Shown here one piece after another: positions 43,380 to 60,890 of a stretch of 64,000 bases of DNA. Position 1 is the stretch's first letter; each line of letters opens with the position of its first letter. The translations under genes and the position numbers were made by a program. The notes under the pieces were generated by a model. It did not search any database. It was given only the letters and a program-made list of their open reading frames with translations, and had not been told where the DNA came from. Origin of the DNA: an uncultured Acidobacteriaceae bacterium (GTDB lineage: Bacteria; Acidobacteriota; Terriglobia; Terriglobales; Acidobacteriaceae). The stretch is from contig CAWCMB010000007.1 of assembly GCA_963796585.1 (NCBI GenBank), forward strand, positions 51,787-115,786, read 5' to 3'.

Positions 43380-43820
43380 ATGAATTTCACCCCTGATCTG
43401 ATTGTGACACCTCCCGATTCCTCATCGGTGACATTGGTAGCGGAGGTGAAAACAACGAGCACGAACCTGGAAGAAAAAGCAGAGCTCTTGAAGAGGTACA
43501 TGCGGCTGATGAGCTGTCCTGTCGGGATACTGCTTACTCCAGAGAAGCTTCGAATCTATAAAGACCGGTTCCTCGGCCAGTCTTCGGAGTCCATCCAAGC
43601 AGTTGGAGAGTTCTCTCCGAAGGACTTGCGGATTCCGGCTGACGCATCTCAATCAGAATCGCTCCTTGAACTAGCTCTTTTTCGTTGGCTGGATGAGCTT
43701 GCACAGGCGAGCGAGATACGCGTGCGTGATCCCAAGCTGAAGTCCGCTGTAGAGGAATACATTCTCCCGGCCGTAAGTGGCGGGATTGTAAGCATACCGC
43801 GACCGGCGCTGCAACCGTGA
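43380..43820 (+). CDS. hypothetical protein with PD-(D/E)xK-like motif
   Basis: MNFTPDLIVTPPDSSSVTLVAEVKTT.. has PD, then 15 residues, then E-V-K, followed by ...CPVGILLTPEKLRIYK as in Uma2/HsdR-N-like nuclease folds. The usual elements N-terminal of PD are absent. G+C in the first 120 nt is 58/120 by hand count. Confidence 0.4.
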   Translation: MNFTPDLIVTPPDSSSVTLVAEVKTTSTNLEEKAELLKRYMRLMSCPVGILLTPEKLRIYKDRFLGQSSESIQAVGEFSPKDLRIPADASQSESLLELALFRWLDELAQASEIRVRDPKLKSAVEEYILPAVSGGIVSIPRPALQP

Positions 43821-43824
43821 TCGA

Positions 43825-44493
43825 ATGAGGCACGTCTTAGTAGAGACGAATTGGCTCGTTGCCATTGCTGCGCCCGCCCAGGAGCCGACCCCGGCCGCCA
43901 TTGACCTGTTGAATTCAGCGATGACGGGAGATATCCGCGTTTACATTCCTGCTTGCTGTATCGCTGAGGCTCGTAAGACCATCCGCTGGAAGTTCCAGCC
44001 GAAGGAGGCCGACAGGCTTCGAGGATACCTGCGGTGGGCCGTGGAGCATAAAGTTCTTGACGAAGCAACTGCTGAGCAGGGACGGAAGATACTACAAACT
44101 TTCGAAGGAACTGTCACCTCTGCTCTCTCGCATCTCAGCGACTCTCTTCGTGAAATCACGAGCGCAGTGGGAGTCACTGTCATTCCACTCGATTCCGAAG
44201 TCCTTGAAATGTCTGTGGACTTGCATTTCCAAGAGATCGAACCCAGCGAATTTGACCGGGCAATACTGGCGGTAGTGTTGACAACCGGCCACAAGCTGCG
44301 CGAGAGCGGCGAAAGGGATGTTGCATTTGCCGAGCTTGATTCCAAACTCTGGCCATGGGAAAAGAACACGGGCAATGCCAGAAGGGAGCTGAAGAGACTT
44401 TACGACGAAGCTGGCGTGTGGGTATATTCCGACTTCACTTTGACATCACCCGAGCGGCCACCGGACTTGCCCGAGGTTATTCCCATCGACTAG
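43825..44493 (+). CDS. PIN-like domain protein with ~80-aa helical insertion
   Basis: Acidic positions are spaced as in PIN/VapC: VLVETNWLV, CCIAEARK, EFDRAILAVVL and AFAELDSKLW. The gene starts 4 nt after the stop of the preceding ORF. Confidence 0.45.
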   Translation: MRHVLVETNWLVAIAAPAQEPTPAAIDLLNSAMTGDIRVYIPACCIAEARKTIRWKFQPKEADRLRGYLRWAVEHKVLDEATAEQGRKILQTFEGTVTSALSHLSDSLREITSAVGVTVIPLDSEVLEMSVDLHFQEIEPSEFDRAILAVVLTTGHKLRESGERDVAFAELDSKLWPWEKNTGNARRELKRLYDEAGVWVYSDFTLTSPERPPDLPEVIPID

Positions 44494-44546
44494 TCACTTC
44501 GCATGTTGTCGAGACCTTGCTGAGATCACCGCGACCACGCATGGTT

Positions 44547-44579
44547 AAGGGCTCCATGATTAGACACGGAGCCCTTTTT
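44547..44579 (+). terminator. Rho-independent terminator (serves the + strand cassette; hairpin also lies 3' of rpoC)
   Basis: AAGGGCTCC-atgattagacac-GGAGCCCTT followed by TTT. An A-run on the other side makes it partly bidirectional. Confidence 0.6.
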
Positions 44580-44607
44580 GGCCAATAGCGGTTTGTGCCT
44601 AATGGCG

Positions 44608-48813
<4,206 letters not shown>

Positions 48814-48963
48814 AATGTCCTCCTTCCCTGCGGTCCCGCTATGCGGAAGGCAGGGGACACGGCTTTGCGCAGCCGTTCGCGGCTCCCGGTACCTCAATCT
48901 TCATCGGGTGCTGCCTCTTGCGAGAGCGATAGAGGCAGCTACCCTGATCCTCAAATGCCAGCG

Positions 48964-53442
<4,479 letters not shown>

Positions 53443-53999
53443 GTATAAAGCTCCTAAATCAGTTCCGGCCAGGCTCGGCGGAGCCAGACCGTGTATGCGC
53501 GAAAGGGATCAGTGCTGTCGCGACTGTGGCAGTTTGGGTCTGAGAAAACGGGCGTTGGTTCTTGCGCAAAAAGACGAGTGCGCCAGCAGAGACAGTAATC
53601 CCCGCAAGCGCCGCTTCACGCGTCGAGCAATCCCGTAACCAAACGGTTCGGGCATTCGGCTTATTATATCCTGCCGAAATGAAAATTTCTTCCCGCGCCA
53701 GTATTTTCAGGCCTTGTCCTCGGCTTACCGGCCTCTTGCATCTGAGCTGATGCTTCGAGATCGGTCTACCGCATGCCACTCACCTGCTGTGTTTGCGAAT
53801 CCGCTTGGATTCGCTCCACGATGCCCGGGAATTACGCGATACCCGCTGTGATGTATCGCTCAGCTTCCACGGCCTCATCGCGCCTCTCCACGGCCGCTCT
53901 CACGTGAAGAAGTACGTTAGCCACCGCTTCCGTGACCGGAAAGCGGCAGCATGAGCACTCCGGTCAGCCCTCCGGAGTGAAGCGCCCCGTCGTCCGTAA

Positions 54000-54032
54000 C
54001 CCCACGATAGCCAACCGAAGGCGATCGTGGGG
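54000..54032 (-). terminator. candidate attenuator hairpin downstream of rplL
   Basis: The reverse strand reads CCCCACGATcGCC-ttcggtt-GGCtATCGTGGGG, 27 nt after the rplL stop, followed only by UUAC. Its position is analogous to the E. coli rplL-rpoB attenuator. Confidence 0.3.
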
Positions 54033-54058
54033 CACAAGATCAGAACGGGGCAAAACCT

Positions 54059-54445
54059 CTACTTCACCTCGACAGTTGCACCCGCGTCGGTGAACTTCTT
54101 CTTGATGGTCTCGGCCTCTTCCTTCGAAATGCCTTCCTTCACGGTCTTGGGAGCGCCATCGACCAGGTCCTTGGCTTCCTTCAGACCGAGGCTGGTGACT
54201 TCGCGGACAGCCTTGATCACGTTGATCTTGTTGGCGCCGGCAGCGGTGAGCACGACGGCGAACTCCGTCTTCTCTTCCGCCGGGGCTGCAGCCGCAGCGC
54301 CCGCACCGGCAGCACCCGCCATCATGACAGGGGCCGCAGCCGCTGCCGAGACGCCAAGGCGCTCTTCCAACTTCTTTACCAGGGCCGCCGCATCCAGAAG
54401 CGACAGGCCTACGATTGAATCTTCCAACTGCTGCAGATCCGCCAT
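54059..54445 (-). CDS. rplL: 50S ribosomal protein L7/L12
   Basis: [32 protein letters not shown]...[18 protein letters not shown].... GGAG lies 7 nt before the ATG at 54445. Confidence 0.95.
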   Translation of the reverse strand: MADLQQLEDSIVGLSLLDAAALVKKLEERLGVSAAAAAPVMMAGAAGAGAAAAAPAEEKTEFAVVLTAAGANKINVIKAVREVTSLGLKEAKDLVDGAPKTVKEGISKEEAETIKKKFTDAGATVEVK

Positions 54446-54681
54446 GTGTTTCTCCAATATTCGTTATTCGTTGTGTTTTGATTTCGTTATCGTCTCGAGG
54501 TTTCCAATGTGCAGACCCACATGCCAGACAACACGCAGGAGGCACCCCTCACAACGGATAACTAAAATCTTCAGGAAGCGCTTGCGCTCTTCCAAACTCG
54601 TTAACTACAAAACCTGTTCCTGAGCGGGGGCAGCGTCATTTGCCGCCGGAGTCGAAGGACCCCTATCCCGCCGAAACTCTC

Positions 54682-55230
54682 TTACGCCGAGGCAGTTTCG
54701 CCGCCGGCAAACTTGTTTTCTTTCACACCCTGGTCGATGACCACGGCCAGATCGCGTCCCACGGCATTCATCACCGTGACCAGGCGCTGTGCCGGAGCGT
54801 TCATCAGCATCAGCAGCTGCGAGTAAATCTGTTCCTTGGAAGGCATGCTGGCCAGCGCGTCGATTTCCTTGATTGCGATGACGCGGCCTTCGACGATGCC
54901 GGCCTTGAAAACGTACTCGGGGTGGTCCTTGGCGTACTTGCTGAGCGCCTTGGCCAACGCAACCGGATCGCCACTTGTATAAGCAATCGAGGTGACACCG
55001 GCCAAGCCCTTCAACGCCTCTTCGACCTTGCTGCCCTTTGCCGCCCGCTCAGCCAGGGTGTTCTTGACCACGCGATACTTCGCGCCCGCGCCGCGAACTG
55101 CCTTGCGGAGCTCGTAGTCCTTTTCCACCGTCAACTTGGCAAACGTGCCCACGATGGCGTGGCTGGCCTGCTGCAGCTCTTCGGTCAGCTTCTCGACCTG
55201 CTCAATCTTCTTTTCTCTGGTGACTGCCAT
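54682..55230 (-). CDS. rplJ: 50S ribosomal protein L10
   Basis: MAVTREKKIEQVEKLTEEL...KNTL..RA. The position between rplA and rplL supports the call. Confidence 0.93.
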   Translation of the reverse strand: MAVTREKKIEQVEKLTEELQQASHAIVGTFAKLTVEKDYELRKAVRGAGAKYRVVKNTLAERAAKGSKVEEALKGLAGVTSIAYTSGDPVALAKALSKYAKDHPEYVFKAGIVEGRVIAIKEIDALASMPSKEQIYSQLLMLMNAPAQRLVTVMNAVGRDLAVVIDQGVKENKFAGGETASA

Positions 55231-55323
55231 TTTTCAATCCTTTGCAAACTCTGATTTGAAGGGGCACGGCTTCAGCCGTGCCATTTCGGCTCTTCCAAAT
55301 CAGGGGCTTTAGCCCCAGAGGGA

Positions 55324-56031
55324 CTAGCCCTTTGCTGCTGTCTCGATGGCTGCGGTGTCGATCGCAATTCCCGGACCCATCGTCGAGCTCAGATAGCAGC
55401 CCTTGATGTACTTGCCCTTGGCAACCGACGGCTTCGCCTTGATGACGCTGGTAATTACCGTTGCAGCGTTGTCGACCAGCTTGTCAGCCGCGAACGAAAT
55501 CTTGCCCACCGGCACGTGAACCAGCGCCGTCTTATCGGTGCGGAACTCAACTTTGCCGGCCTTGGTTTCCTTGACCGCTGCCGCAACATCGAAGGTCACG
55601 GTGCCGGTCTTCGGATTCGGCATCAGCCCGCGCGGACCCAGCACCTTGCCCAAACGGCCAACCGACTTCATCATGTCGGGAGTGGAAATCACGGCGTCGT
55701 AGTCGGTCCAGTTTTCCTTCTGGATCTTCTCCACCATGTCCTCGCCGCCTACAAAGTCAGCACCCGCAGCTTCCGCTTCGCGAACCTTTTCGCCGCTGGC
55801 AATGACCAGGACCTTCTTGGTTTTGCCCAGCCCATGCGGGAGAATTACAGTTCCACGCACCATCTGGTCGGCGTGCTTGGGATCGACTCCTAAACGCATG
55901 GTGAGGTCGACCGTCTCATCGAACTTGGCGAACTTCACCTTCTGCAACAATGGCACGGCATCCTGAAGCGTGTAGGAGCGCGCTTCAATTCCGGTGCGTG
56001 CCTTCTCGATATTCTTTCCTGATTTCTTCAT
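55324..56031 (-). CDS. rplA: 50S ribosomal protein L1
   Basis: ...[34 protein letters not shown].... Confidence 0.95.
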   Translation of the reverse strand: MKKSGKNIEKARTGIEARSYTLQDAVPLLQKVKFAKFDETVDLTMRLGVDPKHADQMVRGTVILPHGLGKTKKVLVIASGEKVREAEAAGADFVGGEDMVEKIQKENWTDYDAVISTPDMMKSVGRLGKVLGPRGLMPNPKTGTVTFDVAAAVKETKAGKVEFRTDKTALVHVPVGKISFAADKLVDNAATVITSVIKAKPSVAKGKYIKGCYLSSTMGPGIAIDTAAIETAAKG

Positions 56032-56166
56032 TGCACTCCTTGTCTCCCACCGCTACTCGCTGTTGCTGAGAAGCCGTGGTGTTTACGACGAATCCAGCCT
56101 TGGGGGTAAAGCCCCCGTATATATTCAGTCGCTTACGCTGGCCTGAAGGCCAGCTCGACCAAACTC

Positions 56167-56598
56167 TTACGCCGTGACTTCGATGCCCATGGAACGGGCG
56201 GTGCCCTTGATGCTCTTCACCGCGGCCTCTACCGAAGCGGCATTCAAGTCGGGCATCTTCTGCTTGGCGATCTCCAGGACCTGCTTCTCGGTGACCTTGC
56301 CGACCTTGTCCTTATTGGGCGTGCCCGAGCCCTTGGCAACCGCGGCAGCGCGCTTCAACAGAATCGCAGCCGGAGGGGTCTTGGTGATGAAGGTGAAGGT
56401 GCGATCGCTGTAAACCGTGACCACCACCGGGATGATGAGCCCGTCCATCTCTTTCGCACTGGTTCTGGCGTTGAACTGCTTGCAGAACTCCATGATGTTG
56501 ATCTGGGCCTGACCGAGTGCGGGACCAACCGGAGGCGCCGGGGTGGCCTTGCCCGCCGCAATCTGCAACTTCACCGAGCCTGTAATCTTCTTTGCCAT
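56167..56598 (-). CDS. rplK: 50S ribosomal protein L11
   Basis: [30 protein letters not shown].... Confidence 0.96.
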   Translation of the reverse strand: MAKKITGSVKLQIAAGKATPAPPVGPALGQAQINIMEFCKQFNARTSAKEMDGLIIPVVVTVYSDRTFTFITKTPPAAILLKRAAAVAKGSGTPNKDKVGKVTEKQVLEIAKQKMPDLNAASVEAAVKSIKGTARSMGIEVTA

Positions 56599-56635
56599 TG
56601 TGTATTCCTAACTGAATTCCTTTTTTGCGCTCTTG

Positions 56636-56693
56636 GCCATTCGCCATTCGCTTTTCGCCAGAGCACGACGAAGGGCGAATAGCGAAAGGCGGG
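56636..56693. repeat. inverted pair of heptad arrays (GCCATTC GCCATTC GCTTTTC ... CGAATAG CGAAAGG)
   Basis: Two arms with 7-nt periodicity are mutually complementary, giving an imperfect long hairpin in the nusG-rplK spacer. Confidence 0.75.
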
Positions 56694-56696
56694 CCT

Positions 56697-57356
56697 TTAG
56701 GTTACGACCTTCTCTACCTGCCCGAACTCCAGCTCCACCGGAGTCGAGCGGCCGAAGATCGTGACCATGACCTTCAATGTCTCGCGGTCTTCGTTGACCT
56801 CGTCCACCACGCCGGTAAAGCTGGCGAAGGGGCCTTCGGTGATGCGGACCGACTCGTTCTTCTCGAACTTGACCTTGAGCTTCGGCTTCTCTTTGCTGTC
56901 GGCCACGCGATAAACGATCTGCTGTACTTCCTCTTCGGAAAGCGGCGTGGGCTGCTGTCCGGTGCCGACAAAGCCTGTCACCCGCGGGGTGGACTTCACC
57001 ACGTGCCACACGTTGTCGTCCATGTCCATCTCTACCAGCACGTAGCCGGGATAGAACATGCGTTCGCTGGTGTACTTCTTGCCGCCACGAACCTCGGTCA
57101 CCGACTCGGTAGGGATCAGCACCTGGCCGATACGATGTTCGAGCTCGGGATAAGCGCGCACGCGCGACTCCAGCGACTCTTTCACTTTGCGCTCAAAGCC
57201 GGAATAAGTGTGGATGATGTACCACTTCATATTCGGGTTCTTGGGCGCTTCTTCCGCAACCGCCGCGGTCGTCGCCGTCTCGCCGGACGGCTGCTCTTCG
57301 GCGCTATTGCTTTCGGGTTTTATTTCTTCGTCTGTCATTAGTACCGCTTTTGCCAT
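56697..57356 (-). CDS. nusG: transcription termination/antitermination factor NusG
   Basis: [15 protein letters not shown] (NGN) and a C-terminal KOW (...[15 protein letters not shown]...). An acidic N-terminal extension of about 40 aa precedes them. Confidence 0.93.
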   Translation of the reverse strand: MAKAVLMTDEEIKPESNSAEEQPSGETATTAAVAEEAPKNPNMKWYIIHTYSGFERKVKESLESRVRAYPELEHRIGQVLIPTESVTEVRGGKKYTSERMFYPGYVLVEMDMDDNVWHVVKSTPRVTGFVGTGQQPTPLSEEEVQQIVYRVADSKEKPKLKVKFEKNESVRITEGPFASFTGVVDEVNEDRETLKVMVTIFGRSTPVELEFGQVEKVVT

Positions 57357-57367
57357 TCCGCTTGCAC

Positions 57368-57628
57368 TTACCGATGTGACAGGCTACGCAGCGCCTGATC
57401 GAGCGTCTTCTGGATAATGGTATCGATCACCCAAAAATAAGCTGCAAACAGGAATACCGTGATGATGACCACCGTCGTTGTGCCCTGGACTTCCTTACGA
57501 TTGGGCGTGGTGACCTTCTTCATTTCAGTGCGCACATCGTTGTAAAAACTCTTGGCGCGCTGCGGCCATGCCTTGATGTTGGCTAGCTTGTCGTCGTGAG
57601 CAGGTTCCATTGTTGCGGCCTTTGCCAT
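57368..57628 (-). CDS. secE: preprotein translocase subunit SecE
   Basis: ...[20 protein letters not shown] followed by a single TM helix. The position between tRNA-Trp and nusG supports the call. Confidence 0.9.
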   Translation of the reverse strand: MAKAATMEPAHDDKLANIKAWPQRAKSFYNDVRTEMKKVTTPNRKEVQGTTTVVIITVFLFAAYFWVIDTIIQKTLDQALRSLSHR

Positions 57629-57689
57629 CCGATACCTGTTTCCGGCGCTCTCGCGCCTTTACTTCTACTTCTAGTTCCGTCCAAAAACC

Positions 57690-57765
57690 TGGCAGGGGCG
57701 GAGGGATTCGAACCCCCAAGTCCGGTTTTGGAGACCGGCAGTTTAACCGTTGAGCTTACGCCCCT
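57690..57765 (-). tRNA. tRNA-Trp (anticodon CCA)
   Basis: Reverse complement AGGGGCGTAAGCTCAACGGTTAAACTGCCGGTCTCCAAAACCGGACTTGGGGGTTCGAATCCCTCCGCCCCTGCCA. There is one C-A mismatch in the D stem. The position between rpmG and secE is canonical. Confidence 0.88.
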
Positions 57766-57774
57766 ACTGCCGCG

Positions 57775-57855
57775 ATTCGCCCTTCGCCTTTCGCTCTTCG
57801 CCAGACCTCCATCACCGATCCGAAGCTAAAAGCGAATAGCGAAAGGCGAACAGCG
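57775..57855. repeat. inverted pair of heptad arrays (ATTCGCC CTTCGCC TTTCGCT CTTCGCC ... AGCGAAT AGCGAAA GGCGAAC)
   Basis: Same GCGAAnn family as 56636-56693. The arms are separated by about 28 nt and lie in the rpmG-tRNA-Trp spacer. Confidence 0.75.
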
Positions 57856-57862
57856 TCTATCG

Positions 57863-58015
57863 CTACTTCGTTTCCTTATGCGACGTGTGCTTCCGGCACG
57901 TACGGCAAAACTTGTTGAACTCAAGCCGGCTCGTAGTGGTCTTCTTGTTCTTGGTGGTCGAGTAATTGCGATTCTTGCAATCACTGCACTGCAACGTAAC
58001 AATCTCGCGGGGCAT
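57863..58015 (-). CDS. rpmG: 50S ribosomal protein L33
   Basis: [50 protein letters not shown]. The true start is at 58015. Confidence 0.93.
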   Translation of the reverse strand: MPREIVTLQCSDCKNRNYSTTKNKKTTTSRLEFNKFCRTCRKHTSHKETK

Positions 58016-58181
58016 TCGCCTTCTCCATTTCGTTTGCCTCGCAGTCTGGAACCTTGAGGCCTTGTCCGAGTCCAAGCTCGGAAATCAGCGGAGCGTTTTT
58101 CCCGTCCCGCCGAGAAAACTTGTTGTGCCCCACGTTCGCCCATCCGCTGGGCTAACGTGGGAAGTCGCTCTACAACCTTCG

Positions 58182-58216
58182 GGTGGCCCACTCAAGCGTT
58201 GTTGGCTTGAGTGGGA
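58182..58216 (+). repeat. GGTGGCCCA-hairpin REP-like unit
   Basis: ggtggcccactcaagc-gttgttg-gcttgagtggga belongs to the same family as 3884-4008. Neighbouring hairpins fill the tuf-rpmG spacer. Confidence 0.55.
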
Positions 58217-58275
58217 TCCGACAACCCGGGGTGCCCCATTCCGGCATCTTTTGCCGGGGTGGGGTAGTTAACTTA

Positions 58276-59463
58276 CTAAGCGATGATCTCGCTAATCGTT
58301 CCCGCGCCGACGGTGCGTCCGCCTTCGCGGATAGCGAAGCGCAAGCCTTTTTCCATCGCGACCGGAGTAATCAGCTCGATCTCCAATGCCACGTTGTCGC
58401 CCGGCATCACCATCTCCGTGCCCGCCGGCAGCGTCGCCACGCCGGTCACGTCCGTGGTGCGGAAGTAGAACTGCGGCCGATAGCCTTTGAAGAACGGAGT
58501 GTGACGTCCGCCTTCATCCTTCGACAGCACGTAAACTTCGCCCTTGAACTTGGTGTGCGGCGTAATCGAGCCCGGCTTGGCCAAAACCATGCCGCGCTCG
58601 ACGTCTTCTTTGGCAATGCCGCGCAGCAGCAGGCCGGCATTGTCGCCCGCCAGACCTTCGTCCAGCTGCTTCTTGAACATCTCGACGCCGGTGACAACCG
58701 TCTTGCGGGTCTCGCGGAAGCCGACAATTTCCGACTCCTCGCCCACCTTCACCTTGCCGCGCTCGATACGGCCCGTGACCACGGTGCCGCGTCCCTGAAT
58801 CGAGAAGATGTCTTCGATCGGCATCAGGAACGGCTTGTCGATGTCGCGCGCCGGCAGCGGAATGTTCTTGTCCACCGCTTCCATCAGCTCGTCGATCTTG
58901 GCTTCCCACTGCGGTTCGCCGTTCAACGCGCCCAGCGCCGAGCCACGAACCACCGGCAGATCGTCGCCCGGGAAGTTGTACTTGGTCAGCAGTTCGCGCA
59001 CTTCCATCTCGACCAGATCGATCAGCTCAGGATCTTCCACCGCATCGCACTTGTTGAGGAACACGACCACGTAAGGCACACCAACCTGGCGGGCCAGCAG
59101 CACGTGCTCTTTGGTCTGCGGCATGGGACCGTCGGTGGCGGCAACCACCAGAATCGCGCCGTCCATCTGCGCCGCGCCGGTAATCATGTTCTTGATGTAG
59201 TCGGCGTGGCCGGGGCAATCGACGTGCGCATAGTGCCGATTGGCCGTCTCGTACTCCACGTGCGCGGTGGCAATGGTGATGCCGCGCTCGCGCTCTTCCG
59301 GAGCGTTGTCGATGGAGTCGAACGAACGGAACTTCACGCTCGGGTTGTGCTTCTGCAATACCTTGGTGATGGCCGCCGTCAACGTCGTCTTGCCATGATC
59401 GATGTGCCCGATCGTGCCTACGTTCACGTGCGGCTTGCTGCGATCAAATTTTTCTTTCGCCAT
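58276..59463 (-). CDS. tuf: elongation factor Tu
   Basis: [17 protein letters not shown] and NKCD motifs; 395 aa. Confidence 0.98.
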   Translation of the reverse strand: MAKEKFDRSKPHVNVGTIGHIDHGKTTLTAAITKVLQKHNPSVKFRSFDSIDNAPEERERGITIATAHVEYETANRHYAHVDCPGHADYIKNMITGAAQMDGAILVVAATDGPMPQTKEHVLLARQVGVPYVVVFLNKCDAVEDPELIDLVEMEVRELLTKYNFPGDDLPVVRGSALGALNGEPQWEAKIDELMEAVDKNIPLPARDIDKPFLMPIEDIFSIQGRGTVVTGRIERGKVKVGEESEIVGFRETRKTVVTGVEMFKKQLDEGLAGDNAGLLLRGIAKEDVERGMVLAKPGSITPHTKFKGEVYVLSKDEGGRHTPFFKGYRPQFYFRTTDVTGVATLPAGTEMVMPGDNVALEIELITPVAMEKGLRFAIREGGRTVGAGTISEIIA

Positions 59464-59471
59464 AATTGCAC

Positions 59472-59846
59472 CTAGTAATACCGATAAAGTTTGCTGTACT
59501 TCTCGCGCAGCGGAAGATCAATGTCTTCCAGCGCGGTTAAATAACGCTCCCGAATCTGGGCCTGGTCGCTCACGCTCAGCGCTTCATAAACCTGCTTCGC
59601 GCTCTTGCCACCCTTGGTCGCCGCGGGGTCGGCTGCTTCCAGCAATCGCTCACCTAACACCCGGTCAAAGTCGCGGATGGGAACTCCCTTACGCTGCAAG
59701 ATCTGCAGAAAGCCTTCCACGTTCCGCGAACCAAACACCCGCATCAATGCGGATTGCAGTTGCTCGAACTCCTCCAGCTTTTCGACTTTGAGACCTGCCT
59801 GCTGAAAGACGGGTCTGGGCTCCGATTGCATATTGGAACTCGTCAT
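59472..59846 (-). CDS. hypothetical protein (124 aa) immediately upstream of tuf
   Basis: This is the longest ORF in the spacer without conflicts. Its TAG stop lies inside the tuf ribosome-binding region (TAGGTGcaattATG). No family was recognised. Confidence 0.55.
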   Translation of the reverse strand: MTSSNMQSEPRPVFQQAGLKVEKLEEFEQLQSALMRVFGSRNVEGFLQILQRKGVPIRDFDRVLGERLLEAADPAATKGGKSAKQVYEALSVSDQAQIRERYLTALEDIDLPLREKYSKLYRYY

Positions 59847-59944
59847 CCACGTGGGAGAACTACCGCTGACTCAAGTTTTGGGGCTGTAAATATTTGACGC
59901 TTCAGGCGCCAAATGGATTCGTGCTCGCCCCTACCGGCAAAAAC

Positions 59945-60020
<76 letters not shown>

Positions 60021-60048
60021 TTCTAAACCTCTGCAACACTTGCAACAC

Positions 60049-60123
60049 TGGAGCGGGAGACGGGAATCGAACCCGCGACCAACAGCTTGGAAGGCTGTGA
60101 CTCTACCACTGAGTTACTCCCGC
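60049..60123 (-). tRNA. tRNA-Gly (anticodon UCC)
   Basis: GCGGGAGTAACTCAGTGGTAGAGTCACAGCCTTCCAAGCTGTTGGTCGCGGGTTCGATTCCCGTCTCCCGCTCCA. Confidence 0.92.
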
Positions 60124-60207
60124 TCACGCAAAACCCTCCAGGTCCCTCGCTGCGCTTCGGGATTTCGCCTGCGGGCTCCCGCTACGCTCACGCCCGCAAA
60201 ACGGCTC

Positions 60208-60247
60208 AACTTGGAAGGCTGTGACTCTACCACTGAGTTACTCCCGC
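60208..60247 (-). pseudogene. duplicated 5' half of tRNA-Gly(UCC) (positions 1 to ~38)
   Basis: GCGGGAGTAACTCAGTGGTAGAGTCACAGCCTTCCAAG is identical to the intact gene and diverges right after the anticodon loop. It lies 86 nt upstream of the intact copy. Confidence 0.8.
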
Positions 60248-60280
60248 CCTGAAACCTGCCGCCGCTCTGCAACATCTGCC

Positions 60281-60448
60281 GTCCCTACGGTGTCTGTGTC
60301 GTCGCTACGCGACTCAGAGTTTTTCCCGCTTCACCCGGCTCTGACGAGCCGGGCTCAAACCATTCCGCCGCTTCGCGGCTGAATTTCCGGGGCACTCATC
60401 CCACTCGCCTCGCGCGAAGGTAAGCTACGACACAGACACCTACGGGAC
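60281..60448. mobile_element. MITE-like unit, inverted copy of 5382-5561
   Basis: The terminal inverted repeats are gtccctacggtgtctgtgtcgt and acgacacagacacctacgggac. The interior is nearly identical to the 5.4-kb copy. Confidence 0.7.
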
Positions 60449-60615
60449 TCAGAAGATCATGCGCGCCACACCCAGCACTCCGGCTTCGCCTGCGTGCTGG
60501 GCTAAGCTGTTTCGCCCCTAACGGGGCTGGCGCTTTGCTGTCCCCACGCCTAAGCCACAGGCCGCCACACAACTGATTGCGATCTTACTGACAACCGGCC
60601 CGACAACTGGCAACT

Positions 60616-60792
60616 TTATTCGTCCCGATGCTCTTGGCGCTCGCGATCCAGCTTCCGGCTCCACGTCAGCGTACGTATCGCAAACAGCGCCAGAATCGCC
60701 AGGGTTGCCAGCTTGAACCTCTGATCGTCAATGGTTAGGGCCGTGACAACCGCCAAAACCGCGTACGCACCCATCGCTATCCAAAACTTCAT
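60616..60792 (-). CDS. hypothetical small membrane protein (58 aa) inside the tRNA cluster
   Basis: MKFWIAMGAYAVLAVVTALTIDDQRFKLATLAILALFAIRTLTW + charged tail. It has two TM helices, no SD, and starts 9 nt after tRNA-Tyr. Confidence 0.4.
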   Translation of the reverse strand: MKFWIAMGAYAVLAVVTALTIDDQRFKLATLAILALFAIRTLTWSRKLDRERQEHRDE

Positions 60793-60801
60793 GAAGAAAC
60801 C

Positions 60802-60890
60802 TGGTGCACAGGGGAGGATTCGAACCTCCGTAGCTCGCAAGGAGCGGCAGATTTACAGTCTGCTGCCATTAACCACTCGGCCACCTGTGC
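60802..60890 (-). tRNA. tRNA-Tyr (anticodon GUA)
   Basis: GCACAGGTGGCCGAGTGGTTAATGGCAGCAGACTGTAAATCTGCCGCTCCTTGCGAGCTACGGAGGTTCGAATCCTCCCCTGTGCACCA, with a long variable arm. Confidence 0.9.

Noticed and set aside
43230-43820. Read-through or selenocysteine fusion of the RelE fragment with the next ORF, since both are in the same frame and separated by a single TGA at 43365
   Set aside because: Same-frame placement has a 1-in-3 chance expectation. No SECIS-like hairpin follows the TGA. A RelE N-terminus fused to a PD-(D/E)xK segment makes no structural sense. A breakpoint of an insertion is the simpler explanation.
53459-54623. ORFs in and around the rplL-rpoB spacer and antisense to rplL (106, 193 and 198 aa)
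   Set aside because: They overlap rplL or lie in a hairpin-rich leader. Their composition is Arg/Gly/Cys-rich and there is no SD or motif.
57826-58271. ORFs in the tuf-rpmG spacer (e.g. MGHPKVVERLPTLAQRMGERGAQ...)
   Set aside because: They are translations of stacked REP-like hairpins (the GGTGGCCCA family and neighbours). Such pseudo-proteins recur wherever these repeats occur.
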